Below, piece after piece: positions 1-29,530 of a stretch of DNA of 64,000 nt. The position numbers were made by a program, and so were the translations under genes. Numbering within the stretch: position 1 is the stretch's first letter; every line of letters starts with the position of its first letter. Origin of the DNA: Macrostomum lignano (Eukaryota); the NCBI GenBank assembly GCA_002269645.1, contig NIVC01001971.1:124001-188000 (forward strand). Direction: 5' to 3'. A model generated the notes under the pieces. The model worked only from the letters and a program-made list of their open reading frames with translations, had not been told where the DNA came from and did not search any database.

Positions 1-559
1 GAAAGAGAGAGCGAAGAGAGACTTGAAAATGGGGGGAGGTCCGAGCAGTTGACAAAACATTTCTAAACGATGAGTGAGCCGAGACCAGTTGCCACCCAGT
101 GAGGTGAGGGGGGGAGACCCTTGAAAACTCATTGCAGCACCCGGCAGTCTCTATTGCCAGCGAATGAAAAGATTTCAAGAAAAAATAGATAGAAAAGTTG
201 AGTGGAGGGGGTGGCTGCAGACACTCGCGGGCGCCAGGCTGTCTGGCGGAATTCCTGCAGGCTGCCATGAGCCAAGCTCTAGCCTAAGTTTTTTCTGTGT
301 ATTAAGCTCAGCCCAAGCTGCCCCAGGCTTGCTCAGCATAACTCAGAATCGTAACTTTAGCTCAAGAATATTGAGTTCGATCTAATGAAGCTATTATTGA
401 GTACAAGTATTTAGATTAGAGTTTATCTTCTGCTATTTGAAATTTTCGTAAAAATTGACAAGGGGTAAGTTTAACTGAAAAATTTAATTAATTTGTTTCT
501 TTATTTAATTCACTTCACTGTACAGTGCAATTATATAGTTTACTGATATTGGCCACGTC

Positions 560-1520
560 TCAAGTCATCACCTGACCCAGATTGGCCCACTGACCCATCA
601 CTAATCCTCCTGACCCATCACTAATCCTCCTGACCCATCGCCGATCGTCCTGACCCATCATCGCCGATCCTCCTGACCCATCATCAATCTCTCTGACCCG
701 TCCCGATCCTCCTGACCCATCACTAATCCTCCTGACCCATCGCCGATCCTCCTGACCCATCGCCGATCCTCCTGACCCATCATCGCCGATCCTCCTGACC
801 CATTACTAATCCTCCTGACCCATTACTGATCCTCCTGACCCATTACTGATCCTTCTGACTCATTACTGATCCTCCTGACCCATTACTGATCCTCCTGACC
901 CATTACTGATCCTCCTGACCCAATACTGATCCTCCTGATCCATTACTGATCCTCCTGACCCAATACTGATCCTCCTGACCCAATACTGATCCTCCTGACC
1001 CATCATCGCCGATCCTCCTGACCCATCATCGATCCTCCTAACCTATCCCGATCCTTCTGACCCATTGAAGATCCTTCTGACCCATCATCAATCCTCCTGA
1101 ACAATCATCGATCCTCCTGACCCACCATCAATTCCTCTGACCCACCATCAATTCCCCTGACCCACCATCAATTCTGCTGACCCACCATCAATCCTTCTGA
1201 CCCATCATCAATCCTTCTGACCCACCATCAATTCTCCTGACCCATTGCCGATTCTGCTGACCCACCACCAATCCTCCTGAACAATCATCGATCCTCCTGA
1301 CCCACCATCAATTCCCCTGACCCACCATCAATTCCCCTGACCCACCATCAATTCTGCTGACCCACCATCAATCCTCCTGACCCATTTCCGATTCTGCTGA
1401 CCCACCATCAATCCTCCTGACCCATTTCCGATTCTGCTGACCCACCATCAATCCTCCTGACCCATTTCCGATTCTGCTGACCCACCATAAATCCTCCTGA
1501 CCCATGCGTGATCCTCCTGA
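560..1520. repeat. Minisatellite, ~20-23 bp unit (ctcctgacccatcactaatc / ctcctgacccattactgatc variants)
   Basis: Directly visible tandem array with sub-variants arranged in blocks; the ORFs at 560..760 and 1368..1622 are translations of it. Confidence 0.95.
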
Positions 1521-2384
1521 CCCAGGAAAGCATTCAGTTTGATCACTCAGATTGAGCAGGCAACTTCGAGCACACTCTGGATTCCTCCCAGAGTGGCGAC
1601 TTAACTCCCCAGTGAAGCGCACAGACTCTTAGTTGCCAACTCAAAGCCAAATTGCATCTGTATAAACACAGCATACTGGCACACACGCACGCATCAATGG
1701 TAGAATCATGGGCATTGGCCACTGTTTGCTGTGTGTCAGAAATTCAAATCGAATGACGGGGAGGGGTGGGGGAGATGCATGCACGTTCGTGATGAGGCAT
1801 GGCCGTCTGGCTCAACAAGTTTCTGTTTCAAACGGCGCGCCGTTCCCTCGTGCAAGTTGCGCAAGGTCAGGACGTGTTTTTGTTGTCCATGCAACTCGCT
1901 ACGTCCCCGTGCGACAGTGTTGCAGAACTTGGAGCCTCTTCAATGGCTTGGGTTTGTTGGCCTTCATGCATTTGGGTCTGAGGACATTGATCGGCACGAT
2001 TGCATTGATATAACTCCATTTATAAGTGGCCTGTCTGTGTTTGTATTTGAGCAGGGACTGCTCAAACCTTTTCTTCTTGTATATTGCATGGGTCCGGTTC
2101 CTCCAACATGCATGCGGTAGCGAGCTGGCGTAGAAACCAAGTCTGAGAGATTATAGTTAACAGTTTATTAGATCCGATGCAAATAATCTGTCTTATTTAG
2201 AGCAGATTAAAAGAATTACCTGCTAATTTAAGTAGCGGGTTTTATTCATCAGCTAAAACCGACTGCTCTTCAAGATTTTTTTGTTGGTTTATGGTAAGGT
2301 TTCTTATCGATAGAAACGAAAATCTACTTAGGAAAAAGTAGTATAGAGCGAGACATGTTCTGCTGTATATTAGGAACTAATGCT

Positions 2385-2975
2385 TGGGATGGGGAAAGAG
2401 GCAGATCAGGAGAGGGGAGAGAGGCAGATCAGGAGAGGGGAGAGAGGCAGATCAGGAGAGGGGAAAGAGGCAGGTCAGGAGAGGGGAGAGAGGCAGATCA
2501 GGAGAGGGGAGAGAGGCAGGTCAGGAGAGGGGAGAGAGGCAGGTCAGGAGAGGGGAGAGAGGCAGATCAGGAGAGGGGAGAGAGGCAGATCAGGAGAGGG
2601 GAGAGAGGCAGATCAGGAGAGGGGAGAGAGGCAGATCAGGAGAGGGGAAAGAGGCAGGTCAGGAGAGGGGAGAGAGGCAGGTCAGGAGAGGGGAGAGAGG
2701 CAGGTCAGGAGAGGGGAGAGAGGCAGGTCAGGAGAGGGGAGAGAGGCAGATCAGGAGAGGGGAGAGAGGCAGATCAGGGAGGGGAGAGAGGCAGATCAGG
2801 AGAGGGGAGAGGAGAGAGGCAGCTCAGGAGAGGGGAGAGAGGCAGATCAGGAGAGGGTAGAGAGGCAGATCAGGAGAGGGGAGAGAGGCAGATCAGGAGA
2901 GGGGAAAGAGGCAGATCAGGAGAGGGGAGAGAGGCAGATCAGGAGAGGGGAGGGGAAAGAGGCAGCTCAGGAGAG
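2385..2975. repeat. Minisatellite, 23 bp purine-rich unit ggagaggggagagaggcagatca
   Basis: Tandem copies visible; all three + frames give periodic ERGERQIRRG-type ORFs. Confidence 0.95.
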
Positions 2976-3419
2976 ACGGAGGTCAAGAAAGAGAATCCGG
3001 GAGGTCGGGGGGGCTCAAGTGTTCGCAGGCTGGGCCTTGAGCAGAATAATTAATAAAAAGACTGCTCCCACAATTCTCCTCGATCCTTATTCCTGTGCGC
3101 TGCAGGATGGCTAACAGGGGATTTACTGTTCTCACCCAACTCTCCCAATGCATGCAGAGTTGAAGAGGATAATTTTCCCCGGGCAGAGAGATGGTCGTGC
3201 CAGACGGTCAGTTTAGCTAATTTTGCCGCGGTACAGCTCCCATCCATGAGCCTCTCCTTTCCAGCGCTGTGAGAACTTCGATTCTGTATATCCCCCAGCC
3301 CTTTTTCGCCGTTGCAGATTTTGACAGACTTTTTTCACCAACTCTCTTCATTTACCAGCTATACCGCGTGTCTTTATTGTTTGTCTTTTCTGCTTTTTAA
3401 ACTGATTTCCTGTCTGGGG

Positions 3420-3845
3420 ATCCCTTTTCCGCTCCTTCTCCTCCCTTTTCCGCTCCTTCTCCTCCCTTTTCCGCTCATTCTCCTCCCCTTTCCGCTCCTT
3501 CTTATCCCTTTTCCGCTCCTTCTTATCCCTTTTCCGCTTATTTTCCTCCCTTTTCCGCTCCTTCTTATCCATTTTCCGCTCCTTCTTATCCCTTTTCCGC
3601 CCCTTCTCTCCCCTTTTCCGCTCCTTCTCCTCCCTTTTCCGCTCCTTATCCTCCCTCTTCCGCCCCTTCTCCTCCCTTTTCCGCTCATTTTCCTCCTTTT
3701 CCGCTCATTTTCCTCCCTTTTCCGCCCCTTCTCCTCCCTTTTCCGCTCCTTCTTATCCCTTTTCCGCTCCTTCTTATCCCTTTCACGCTCCTTCTCCTCC
3801 CTTTTCCGCTCCTTCTTATCCCTTTTCCGCTCCTTCTCCGCTTCC
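3420..3845. repeat. Minisatellite, 21 bp pyrimidine-rich unit ccttttccgctccttctcctc
   Basis: Tandem copies; 7-aa periodicity (PFPLLLL) in the ORF track. Confidence 0.95.
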
Positions 3846-4419
3846 TCTCCACTCCCCTCTCGTTCGTGCAGCGAAAAGACGGCGATCGTAGTTTAAAGCC
3901 ATCCCTTTTGATCCTGTCTACACAAGACTTTACTAGCTATAATAACGCTTCATAGGCATACTTTTACGTAACAATAATAGCTTTGAAAGTTGTTCAGTCG
4001 TCATATGGACCTGTCTAATTAATGCCTTTGATAAAATGAAGCATAAAAGTCAGCCAATTGCAGTCAAGCAGAACTCAACTATTTTGAGTTTCTCTGCCAT
4101 TATATAGCAGAATTATTTATTAAGTTGCAGTCACTATGGTACGCCATAAGAAAGCACGTGTCTCTATCTAGTCAACTGTATGGTCTGAGAGCTAAAATTA
4201 TATAAGTGCTAATTATCAATTGTCCATTGGTTTCGGAAGGCTTCAAACTAGTCTGACTTTTGACTTTCATCTATATATCTTTATGTTTTTTGTCTTTTCA
4301 CCGATATCAGCTGTTTGGCCTATAGAAACCAAGGCTACCCACCTCAAACGATGAACGAATTCTAGTGAATATATCACTGGTTCTAATCCTATTCACCAAC
4401 GTCTTTAATCTATATGATT

Positions 4420-4920
4420 ATTTAACCAATTTCTCTAATCTGTTCACCAATTTCTCTAATCTGTTCACCAATTTCTCTAATCTGTTCACCAATTTATCTA
4501 ATCTGTTCACCAATTTCTCTAATCTGTTCACCAATTTCTCTAATCTGTTCACCAATTTCTCTAATCTGTTCACCAATTTCTCTAATCTGTTCACCAATTT
4601 CTCTAATCTGTTCACTAGTTCCCCAAATCGATTCACCAATTCCCCTAATTTATTCACCAACCCCTAATCTATTCACCAACCCCTAATATTCACCAACCCC
4701 TAATCTATTCACCAACCCCTAATCTACTCACTAACCCCTAATCTGTTCACCAAACCCTAATCTATTCACCAACCCCTAATCTATTCACCAATCCCCCTTA
4801 AGCTGTTCACGGACCCTCATCGATCTGTTCACCAATTACCCTCATCGATTCACCAATTACCCTCATCGATTCACCAATTACCCTCATCGATTCACCAATT
4901 ACCCTCATCGATTCACCAAT
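4420..4920. repeat. Minisatellite, 21 bp unit aatctgttcaccaatttctct, grading into aatctattcaccaacccct and catcgattcaccaattaccct variants
   Basis: Tandem copies; 7-aa periodicity NFSNLFT in the ORF track. Confidence 0.95.
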
Positions 4921-5319
4921 GCCTCTAATCTGCTCACTAATATCCCTAAGCTACTTACCAATTTCCCAAATGCATTCTCCGATTCCCAACTTCACTCACC
5001 AATCCTTAGTTCATTCACCAATTTTCTCCATAACTGAGTCAAAAATTTTTGCATTCTGTTTGCCATTAATATTATTTTGTAATTTGCAAATTTTCATGAT
5101 TTCTAATTTGTAATCGAAGTTATGGTTAGCAAAAAATAATGTTTTAATACTCTCTAAAACTCTCTCTTTTTCTCTTTGAAGATCAACTAAAGTTAGAATT
5201 TTTATTTTTCTAATCCCTCCCCACCTCCCTGCCCCACCTTTACCGGATCGGTTCCGGGATTGCCTAGCCGCCCGCTCCCCCAGAGCCCCGTTGCAACAGG
5301 GGGCAGTTGAGCGGTCCGC

Positions 5320-21160
<15,841 letters not shown>

Positions 21161-21839
21161 CCAAATCGGCGGCCTGTTTCTGATAATGTCAAGGACACCT
21201 GAAGCTAGAACTCTGGACACGAAAGCAAAACTCCGACTATCGAGGGCTCCAATCCAGATTTCGAGCTTACAAGCGTCCATGTATTGTGCAGTCCAGTCAA
21301 TATTCTACTTGTAAATAATTCTATATTGCTAACACAATACATCCTTGTCGTTCTGTTTTCAATCTGTAAATCAATCAGTTTTTAATGTCAATCAATTTGT
21401 CGAATTTTAGTTGCAAAAATCTTTGAGAATGTTTACCTGCGCCCCTGACCGAAACAGTCGCGACCTGGACTGATCTCGATGACCTTGAACAATGACCTTT
21501 GCACACACGTGTGCATACTAAATTATAATCTACTCTCTTCTATTGTTGTAGTTGGCAGACCCGATCAGCCGCTGTTCTCCGTACGCGTTAAAAATGTTTC
21601 GCCAAACAGTCTGATAGATATGATCGATATATTTAAATATAAATGCATCCAAAAATTAACTTTTAATTGTCTTGTCTAGCGCTTGCCTTGTGGTCCTGTG
21701 TCGTTTAAGTGATTCAGACATTGTCTCTGAAGCTTCTATTTTATGCGTTTATTTATTTCTGAGTTTATACTTTTTCAGAAGCACCCGATTTATATAGAGA
21801 TATTCAGAAGTAGACATCTATGAGCGCATTCTGATTTCA

Positions 21840-22425
21840 GAGATCTATAGATACTTAGTGTAAGAGATCTATAGGCAGATTCGGGTGCAGAGATCTATAG
21901 GCACATTCAGGTGCAGAGATCTATAGGCAGATTCAGGTCCAGATATCTATAGGCACATTCAGGTGCAGAGATCTATAGGCACATTCAGGTGCAGATATCT
22001 ATAGGCAGATTCAGGTCCAGATATCTATAGGCACATTCAAGTGCAGAGATCTATAGGCACATTCATGTGCAGAGATCTATAGGCACATTCAAGTGCAGAG
22101 ATCTATAGACACATTTATGTGCAGAGATCTATAGGCACATTCAGGTGCAGATATCTATAGGCAGATTCAGGTCCAGATATCTATAGGCACATTCAGGTGC
22201 AGAGATCTATAGGCACATTCAGGTGCAGATATCTATAGGCAGATTCAGGTCCAGATATCTATAGGCACATTCAAGTGCAGAGATCTATAGGCACATTCAT
22301 GTGCAGAGATCTATAGGCACATTCAAGTGCAGAGATCTATAGACACATTTATGTGCAGAGATCTATAGGCACATTCAGGTGCAGAGATCTATGGACAGAT
22401 TCAGGTGCAGAGATCTATAGGCAGA
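21840..22425. repeat. Minisatellite, 26 bp unit agagatctataggcacattcaggtgc
   Basis: Tandem copies, with a larger multi-unit block repeated within the array. Confidence 0.95.
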
Positions 22426-22976
22426 TTATTACTTGTCAGGTAAAGTAAAATACAAAGCCCATACTTTTTCAACTTGAAGACAAAAACTGCTAACAGAAAT
22501 GAAGGCCTCTGTAGCAGAGGCTCCTCTTGTGGATATGAAAAATCAGCAAGCAAAAATCTAACTGTATGCCTTACACACACCCGAGAGCAAACACCTCATT
22601 CCTGTCTCACTTCTCACCCCTCATAGCAGCAGTTCCGCAGCAGCTCGTGCAGGGTTGCGGGGCGGGGGGTTACGAATAAAGAAGAGGGACCTTTTTATAT
22701 CCCGACCTAGGGGAGATAAGACACGGCTTGTGTATGCTATAGTAAAGATGCTTTGCGATCCTAGCTATACTCGTAGTGTAATAGAGAGGCCGTGGAAAGA
22801 AGATCCTTATAAATAGAGGCACCAACCAACGTGTCTTTTTAAAAGGGATTAATAAAGAGACTGAAATCCTCTATCCATGTGTGGCACTGACACTCCCAAT
22901 CTCGAGGAATAATCCTGTAGCTAGCAATATCAATCAAAGAGATATAATAATAATAATAATAATAATAATACTCGCA

Positions 22977-23250
22977 GGGGCTGTAGCCCAGTGGTTGGAG
23001 CGTCGCACTCACGACTGATGGGTCGGGGGTTCGATTCTTGACTCACTCGGAACAATTTGTGTCCTTGAGCAAGACACTTAACTCTGCATTGCTTCAGTTC
23101 ACCCAGCTGTAAAATGGGTGCCAGCATTAGCTGGGGTAATTGAGGCTGTGTGTGGCGACCCCCCAGTCCTTGGACTGAACAGCCGCACGCAGCCTTCAGA
23201 TGCGCCGCGCAATAGCTGCGGCTGAGCTGTCGGTTGCACATCTGGCCATT
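22977..23250 (+). mobile_element. tRNA-derived SINE with CORE-like central domain (3' end not defined)
   Basis: Pol III A box TAGCCCAGTGG (22984-22994) and B box GGTTCGATTC (23028-23037), followed by tgtgtccttgagcaagacacttaactc..gcttcagttcacccagctgtaaaatggg (~23058-23118). This resembles the recalled MIR CORE consensus (tgtgaccttgggcaagtcacttaacctc..cctcagtttcctcatctgtaaaatggg). Confidence 0.8.
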
Positions 23251-25354
23251 GTCGGCATTGTCGGAGGGCTGCGGACCCCTGGCGCAACGCCTTCGGGGAC
23301 ATTATCCCACAATCATCGCTGAGGCAATTCCGCAGACTTCTGAGCACACTCATGCACACGCTCACGCAGGATGTACAGCGACCCGTGCACTCTCTGTACA
23401 TGCCTTCAAACCTGGAGGTCGTAGCTTACAGAATGCATTTAGTTTCTCATAAAGCTTACAAGAATTTTATCTACTAAAACAGAAAAAAGTTATTTCATAA
23501 CTAATTTAAGTCATAAAGTCCGAAAAATTCTGACTCTTTTAATCACAGAGCAAAAACGGATGGTGGTGATGATTAAACACAACTTGTTTCTATTCATAGC
23601 TCGTATATAAGGAACAAATCATCACTTTTTAAATTCGTTGTCACTTTTACTGTAAGACTATCAATGTGACATTGTGATGCTTTTTAAACGATAATTTTTG
23701 ACCAGCAAACACCAAAGCTGCGCTTGCAGCTGCCTCCTATATTTTGTTCTGGGATTAAAAGTAGTAGCATATAATTGTCAGCAGAGCCATTAAAGAGACT
23801 CAAAATCTTCTTAGCTGAAAAAAACGCGAACAAGCTCCAACCTGATCTAAACTGTTCGCGCCTCATCAATGCCATTCTCAAAGAAGGGGGATATTTCTAG
23901 CTTCGCCAGAAGCAACAATATATGATTATTAATTTGCACCGAATGACCCCATCCCCTTCACACACCTCTGGGGCCCGCAATCATAAAACAGGTTGCCGAC
24001 AAAAGAGGCGAGCTCGCATTGTTAAACATAAAAAATGATGACTAATGGATTAGATATTAGCTTAGGTGAATTAATCCGTTTCAATTAGCTAAACGTTCTG
24101 TTTTCTCATTTGAATGATTTGCAGGCTAAAAAACTGCAAACTGCCTACCTGGTTAAAATGCAGTTTTTAAAGCGATATTGAAATTTAAAAGTAATAAAAA
24201 TTAGCAAAATTAGAGGCTAAAACTGAATCCAGGCATACTGAATGAACTCGCACAGCGCAGGGTGCCAACACAGAAATCGAGACCCCCCCACTCCACCGAA
24301 AACACGCGGGCCAAAAAACCTGCTCTCTAAAAGAAGATTAATGACCTCGGAGCGTGATTTTAATACCGAAAATATTCGCTAAAACACGAAGGGCAGAGGG
24401 GAGAGAGAGTGAGTGGGAGAGAACCGAGCGCCCGCACAGATCTCACATATTCCCCCAGCCATAGATCCCAGCTGCTGCTCAGAAACTGCTCACACTCCTA
24501 TATCCTGTCCCGGATAAACCTCTCCTTATCTTGGCAAACTAAGTCCTCGAATATGCCAATAATACCTCATGCTCCAATGGCATAGAGCCCTCAGAGCATC
24601 ACTTTATTGCATTTGTCAGCCAAATTGATAAATCAAATCTTTATTGCATAGAAGTCTATGTAAAAGCTCAAAAATTTAATAGAGAGAGAGAGTCTATGAG
24701 AGAGGTTGCTGCTAGGATCCTTATTTATTTATTTATGCTGATGTCTATGACCGCTTGGCCATAGACAGAAGCTGTTTAGAATCTATAGTAAAGATGCTTG
24801 AATGGGATTTTAGGCATTTAGGCAACTTAGACTTCGATTTTTTTCTGTGTAGCTAGCGTCATACTACTCCCAAGTATGAGTAGAAAAAGTAACATATTGT
24901 TTAGCTTTTTTGGAAAAAGTCTGATAAAAAATGTACAAAAGAACTTATTGAAGACTTCAGATAATTTTTGAACGATACGTGCAAAGTCTCCAGCCCTTTG
25001 CAGCAGGTGACAAACATATCATTGGTACACTATTGTCGAGGTCGATTATTAAAGGTATCGCAGTTTAGTTGAAGAGTTCAACAAGAAGCATGAATAAACA
25101 ATTGATATTGGAAAAGCTTATGAAAAAAATAAAGCATAGAAAATATAAGAATAGAGGTGCACAATGACGGTACTGCTACTAAGAATCCTTAAAAAATGAA
25201 CCGATACAATTTGGATTAAGGTGCTAAGCTACGTAAAGCCTTTACAGTTTACATGCAAGAAAAATTATGCTTTTTTTCAAGAAAACGAGCAGAAACAAGA
25301 ATATTTAAGAAATCTGCATTTAGAAATTTTAGGTCACTGAGGCACGATGGGAAA

Positions 25355-25900
25355 CTTAGTGTACACTAAAGCCCGATGGTGAGTGGGTGCTTGGCCTGGG
25401 GGGGGGCGAGTGTACACTAAAGCCCGATGGTGAGTGGGTGCTTGGCCTGGGGGGGGCGAGTGTACACTGAGGCCCGATGGTGAGTGGGTGCTTGGCCTGG
25501 GGGGGCGAGTGTACACTGAGGCCCGATGGTGAGTGGGTGCTTGGCCTGGGGGGGGCGAGTGTACACTGAGGCCCGATGGTGAGTGGGTGCTTGGCCTGGG
25601 GGGGAGTGTACACTGAGATGCCCTGATGGTGGTGAGTGGGTGCTTGGCCTGGGGGGCGAGTGTACACTGAGGCCCGATGGTGAGTGGGTGCTTGGCCTGG
25701 GGGGGAGTGTACACTGAGGCCCGATGGTGAGTGGGTGCTTGGCCTGGGGGGGGGCTGAGGCCCGATGGTGAGTGGGTGCTTGGCCTGGGGGGGGGCGAGT
25801 GGTGAGTGGGGGCTTGGCCTGGGGGGGGCGAGTGGTGAGTGGGGCTTGGCCTGGGGGGGGCACTGAGTGCATGGTGAGTGGGGGCTTGGTCGGTGGTGGG
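25355..25900. repeat. Minisatellite, ~49 bp G-rich unit ggcccgatggtgagtgggtgcttggcctgggggggcgagtgtacactga
   Basis: Tandem copies with variable G-run length, degenerating at the right edge. Confidence 0.9.
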
Positions 25901-26689
25901 GCTTGGTCGTGTACCTGGAGGCGAGTGTACCTTGGCCCGTGCTTGGCCTAGGGAGCGAGTGTACACTGAGGACTGATTTGTATGGGTCCAGCGCAGGGTA
26001 ATAATCATTAAACCGACTGAGCTAAGCCTGGATACAATAGCAGGGCAAGATAGAAGATTTTGCTTAATGTCGTATTAAAAATAAGAAATATATTAATTAC
26101 AAGATGGGGAGTATATAATATAATATTTTCAAAAGAAAGAATAGCGATAAGAAAATGCATACGAGATGAAGAATATAGGAAAAACGACTGACTGAAGAGC
26201 AATGTTTTATCCAGGGCTAGCAATTATTTTTAATAAAAGAAAATTTAAAGTGTAAGTGATACCAATAGTATTCTAGTGGGGTTCACAAACAACTAATCTA
26301 CGACTTTACTCAGTAGTTTACTGGTGGCAACTTTATTTTTCTAGACTAATATATTAAAACAAACGAACTAATCATTGTCTTTTGGTATGACTATAAAGCA
26401 GTATAAACGAGAGAAGTACGAGAGAAGTGCATGAAAAATATGGATAAGGGAGTTTCGCAGAAAATAAATTGTGGGCGCTTGGAATTTCCCTAATGGCTAA
26501 CAACGAATAAAGAATACCCCTAGCAGCTCAACAACTATAAACAGTTCTATTTAACAGAACAGCCATGCGGAATTCTCCTTAGCAACGCAACTATAAGAAG
26601 TTCCTATAAGCAACGCAACTAATTACCTTGAAAACACAGCCGTAACAAATTCCTCTTAGAAATAACTATCAGAAACCCACCTAAGCAAC

Positions 26690-27170
26690 ACAACCATATG
26701 GGATTCCTCTTAGCAACTCGACCATTTGGAATATCCCTTAGCAACTCGACCACATGGGATTTCCCTTAGCAACTCGACCATATGGGATTCCCCTTAGCAA
26801 CGCAACCATATGGGATTCCCCTTAGCAACTCGACCATATGGGATTCCCCTTAGCAACTCGACCACATGGGATTTCCCTTAGCAACTCAACCATATGGGAT
26901 TCCCCTTAGCAACGCAACCATATGGGATTCCCCTTGGCAACTCGACCATATGGGATTCCTTAGCAACTCGACCATATGGGATTCCTCTTAGCAACTAGAC
27001 CATATGGGATTCCCCTTAGCAACTCGACCATATGGGATTCCTCTTAGCAACTCGACCATATGGGATTCCTCTTAGCAACTCGACCATATGGGATTCCTCT
27101 TAGCAACTCGACCATATGGGATTCCTCTTAGCAACTCGACCATATGGGATTCCCCTTAGCAATTCAACCA
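26690..27170. repeat. Minisatellite, 28 bp unit ccatatgggattccccttagcaactcga
   Basis: Tandem copies with degenerate flanks. Confidence 0.95.
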
Positions 27171-27664
27171 TAAGGAATACCTTTAGAAACACAACTATAG
27201 AGAATTCCCCTTTGTATCACAACTATAAGGAATTACCATTAGCAGGGGAAGACAGGATTTTGTCCAGGGATTCCGTGCAGAAACACAAATAGTAGTCTAA
27301 GTTAAAAGATGAATAGAAGCAAAACTTTGCATACAGGTTTATGAAATTCATGAACCATAGAGAAAAACAACACTATATGACACAATCAGCAATTTCTTGA
27401 ATTTTGTTCGTTGTTTGAAAAGAATAGAAAGGTTTACAGTGATTAAACCACCGAATGAAATAATCAACGCCAATAAGTACAAATGTTCTGAATAGAATAG
27501 ATATAAAAATATAAGTATTTGTGTTTTAAGAGCGCGCCCTATAAACAAACAGCAAACTATTCAGTATAAATTTTCATACACTAATGTAAAATTTGAATAG
27601 TCAGATCACGACAACAGGCTACAGGTTGCTCAGATTGCAAATCGAAGACAAAAAACCATGACAA

Positions 27665-28998
27665 CTAAAGCAAAAACTTGCCAACCACAAGGCCCAGCAC
27701 CATGGCCAGGACTAGGAACAGAGCCGGTGGCACCAGCGGGCCTCTGGCCGTGGCCACGGCAGTTGAACCTGACGCCGACGAGACATTGGCAGGTCCCGAC
27801 GGAGAGCTGGGCGGCGACGGTCGCATGGCCAGCTTGCGCAGACGGAGATCCTGCAAGAAAGATGGTTGTTAATTTTAACTGGCCAGTTATGCACACCTCG
27901 TAATGCTTATGACTAATTAGGGGTAAGCGTCATAGAAAGTACGCGATGCACTTTTGGAGATTTGTAGCCTAGTGGTAGCCGAGGGGCCCAGCCAAGGTAA
28001 GTCGCAAAAATGCCTATCCGAAAAAATACAGACGTAGTACTAATTAGATGACGAGGCATTTAGTCTTAATAGGACAGTTATTGATACTCCTGCTGTTTAC
28101 CAAAATTTGCGTTAATTTTGCTTTAAAGTTTTTCACAGGTAAGTCGAATTTTTGGTAAAAAATTAAGTCGCACGGCCAGTGTAAATCTGGGAGGCTGTGC
28201 ATGTATGGGTAGGAGCTTTGAACTCATTATTGAAAGCATCTCGCATTTATAACAACTCTGGTTAGTCTACTTGAGTAGGTAGAAAGTTAAACGATAACAA
28301 AACGACTCTTGGACGACTTTATCATGTACGTTCAAACGTACTTTAGAAGTACGCGAGGTACTTTTTAAAGTACGGAAAGTTTTTCAATTACACAAAGCAC
28401 TTTTCAAGACTTTGTACTTTTACAAACAAAAACAGGGTCTCACTTGTTCCGCTAGCCGAGAGTTTTCATCGCGCAGTCGCTGCAACTCCTGCTGCATTTC
28501 GTGCGCGTTTTTCGGCAAATCCGAAGGCGCCGAATTGGCCGCCGCTGCCCCCGGTTGATTGGGCGACGGCGCAGAAGCGTTGGCGACTCCGTCGGCTTCA
28601 ATTTGTACAACGCGCAGCTTGGAGTCCATCAGCTTGTCGGACGAAGCCGAACGCCAGGCCTCGTCAAGAGCGGCGCCAGCCAGATTAGGAGGCGTACTGG
28701 CTGGCATTAGCAGGCTCTGCACCATGAATTTGTGCCGGGAGCGCTGCTCGGCTGTGTCGGACTGATCGCCAGCGCTTGGCTGCAGCATGACGGCGACTTC
28801 GACCTCGCCGCCGGCCTGAATCAGGCCGCTATTTGGCCGGACGCAGTACCGTTTCGGAGCGGTTGTCTTCACTTTAAAGGCCACGGGCTGGTCGGCAATG
28901 GGATTGCTAAGCCGCAGAGTGGTGGTGACCACCCGGTCGAATGGGCCGCGGAACACCAACTCGGAATCTGGCTTCAGGCTTAGGATCTGGCTAGGCAT
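27665..28998 (-). CDS. VAP: VAMP-associated protein (VAP-A/B, Scs2 family), 246 aa; exons 28998-28444 and 27850-27665
   Basis: MSP domain with the VAP consensus FKVKTTAPKRYCVRPNSG and RHKFMVQS; coiled coil ELQRLRDENSRLAEQ; C-terminal TM anchor ALFLVLAMVLGLVVGKFLL. Phase-0 GT-AG intron 28443-27851. Confidence 0.95.
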
Positions 28999-29214
28999 AG
29001 CGGCTGGCTAAGGCTGGGTGAAGCAATATAATTACACACTTTTCAGGTGAGAAGAGATGGAACAGCTAATTGGCTGAAACGGATTCATTAACACAATTGT
29101 CAGCAGGTTAGTAGTGACCGCCCTGGCGTCGCTGGAGTTGGGAGTTCCTCATTTCTCAATGACATCGGATTTCTAAGCCCAACACTGCAAGTACTTAACA
29201 AGCTTCAGATCCTA

Positions 29215-29530
29215 AAAGGACAGATCCTAAAAGGACAGATCCCCAGCTTCAGATCCTAAAAGGACAGATCCCCAGCTTCAGATCCTAAAAGGACAGATCC
29301 TAAAAGGACAGATCTCCAGCTTCAGATCCTAAAAGGACAGATCCCCAGCTTCAGATCCTAAAAGGACAGATCCCCAGCTTCAGATCCTAAAAGGACAGAT
29401 CTCCAGCTTCAGATCCTAAAAGGACAGATCCCCAGCTTCAGATCCTAAAAGGACAGATCCCCAGCTTCAGATCCTAAAAGGACAGATCCCCAGCTTCAGA
29501 TCCTAAAAGGACAGATCCCCAGCTTCAGAC
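29215..29530. repeat. Minisatellite, 29 bp unit cagatcctaaaaggacagatccccagctt
   Basis: Tandem copies followed by a degenerate cagatcc-rich tail to ~29770. Confidence 0.95.

Noticed and set aside
22977-23050. A tRNA gene
   Set aside because: A and B boxes are present, but the acceptor, anticodon and T stems do not pair properly and a CORE-like domain follows; better explained as a SINE head.
22737-24800. Shared 17-mer ctatagtaaagatgctt at ~22737 and ~24784
   Set aside because: Flanks do not align, and one such match in 64 kb of AT-rich DNA is not improbable.
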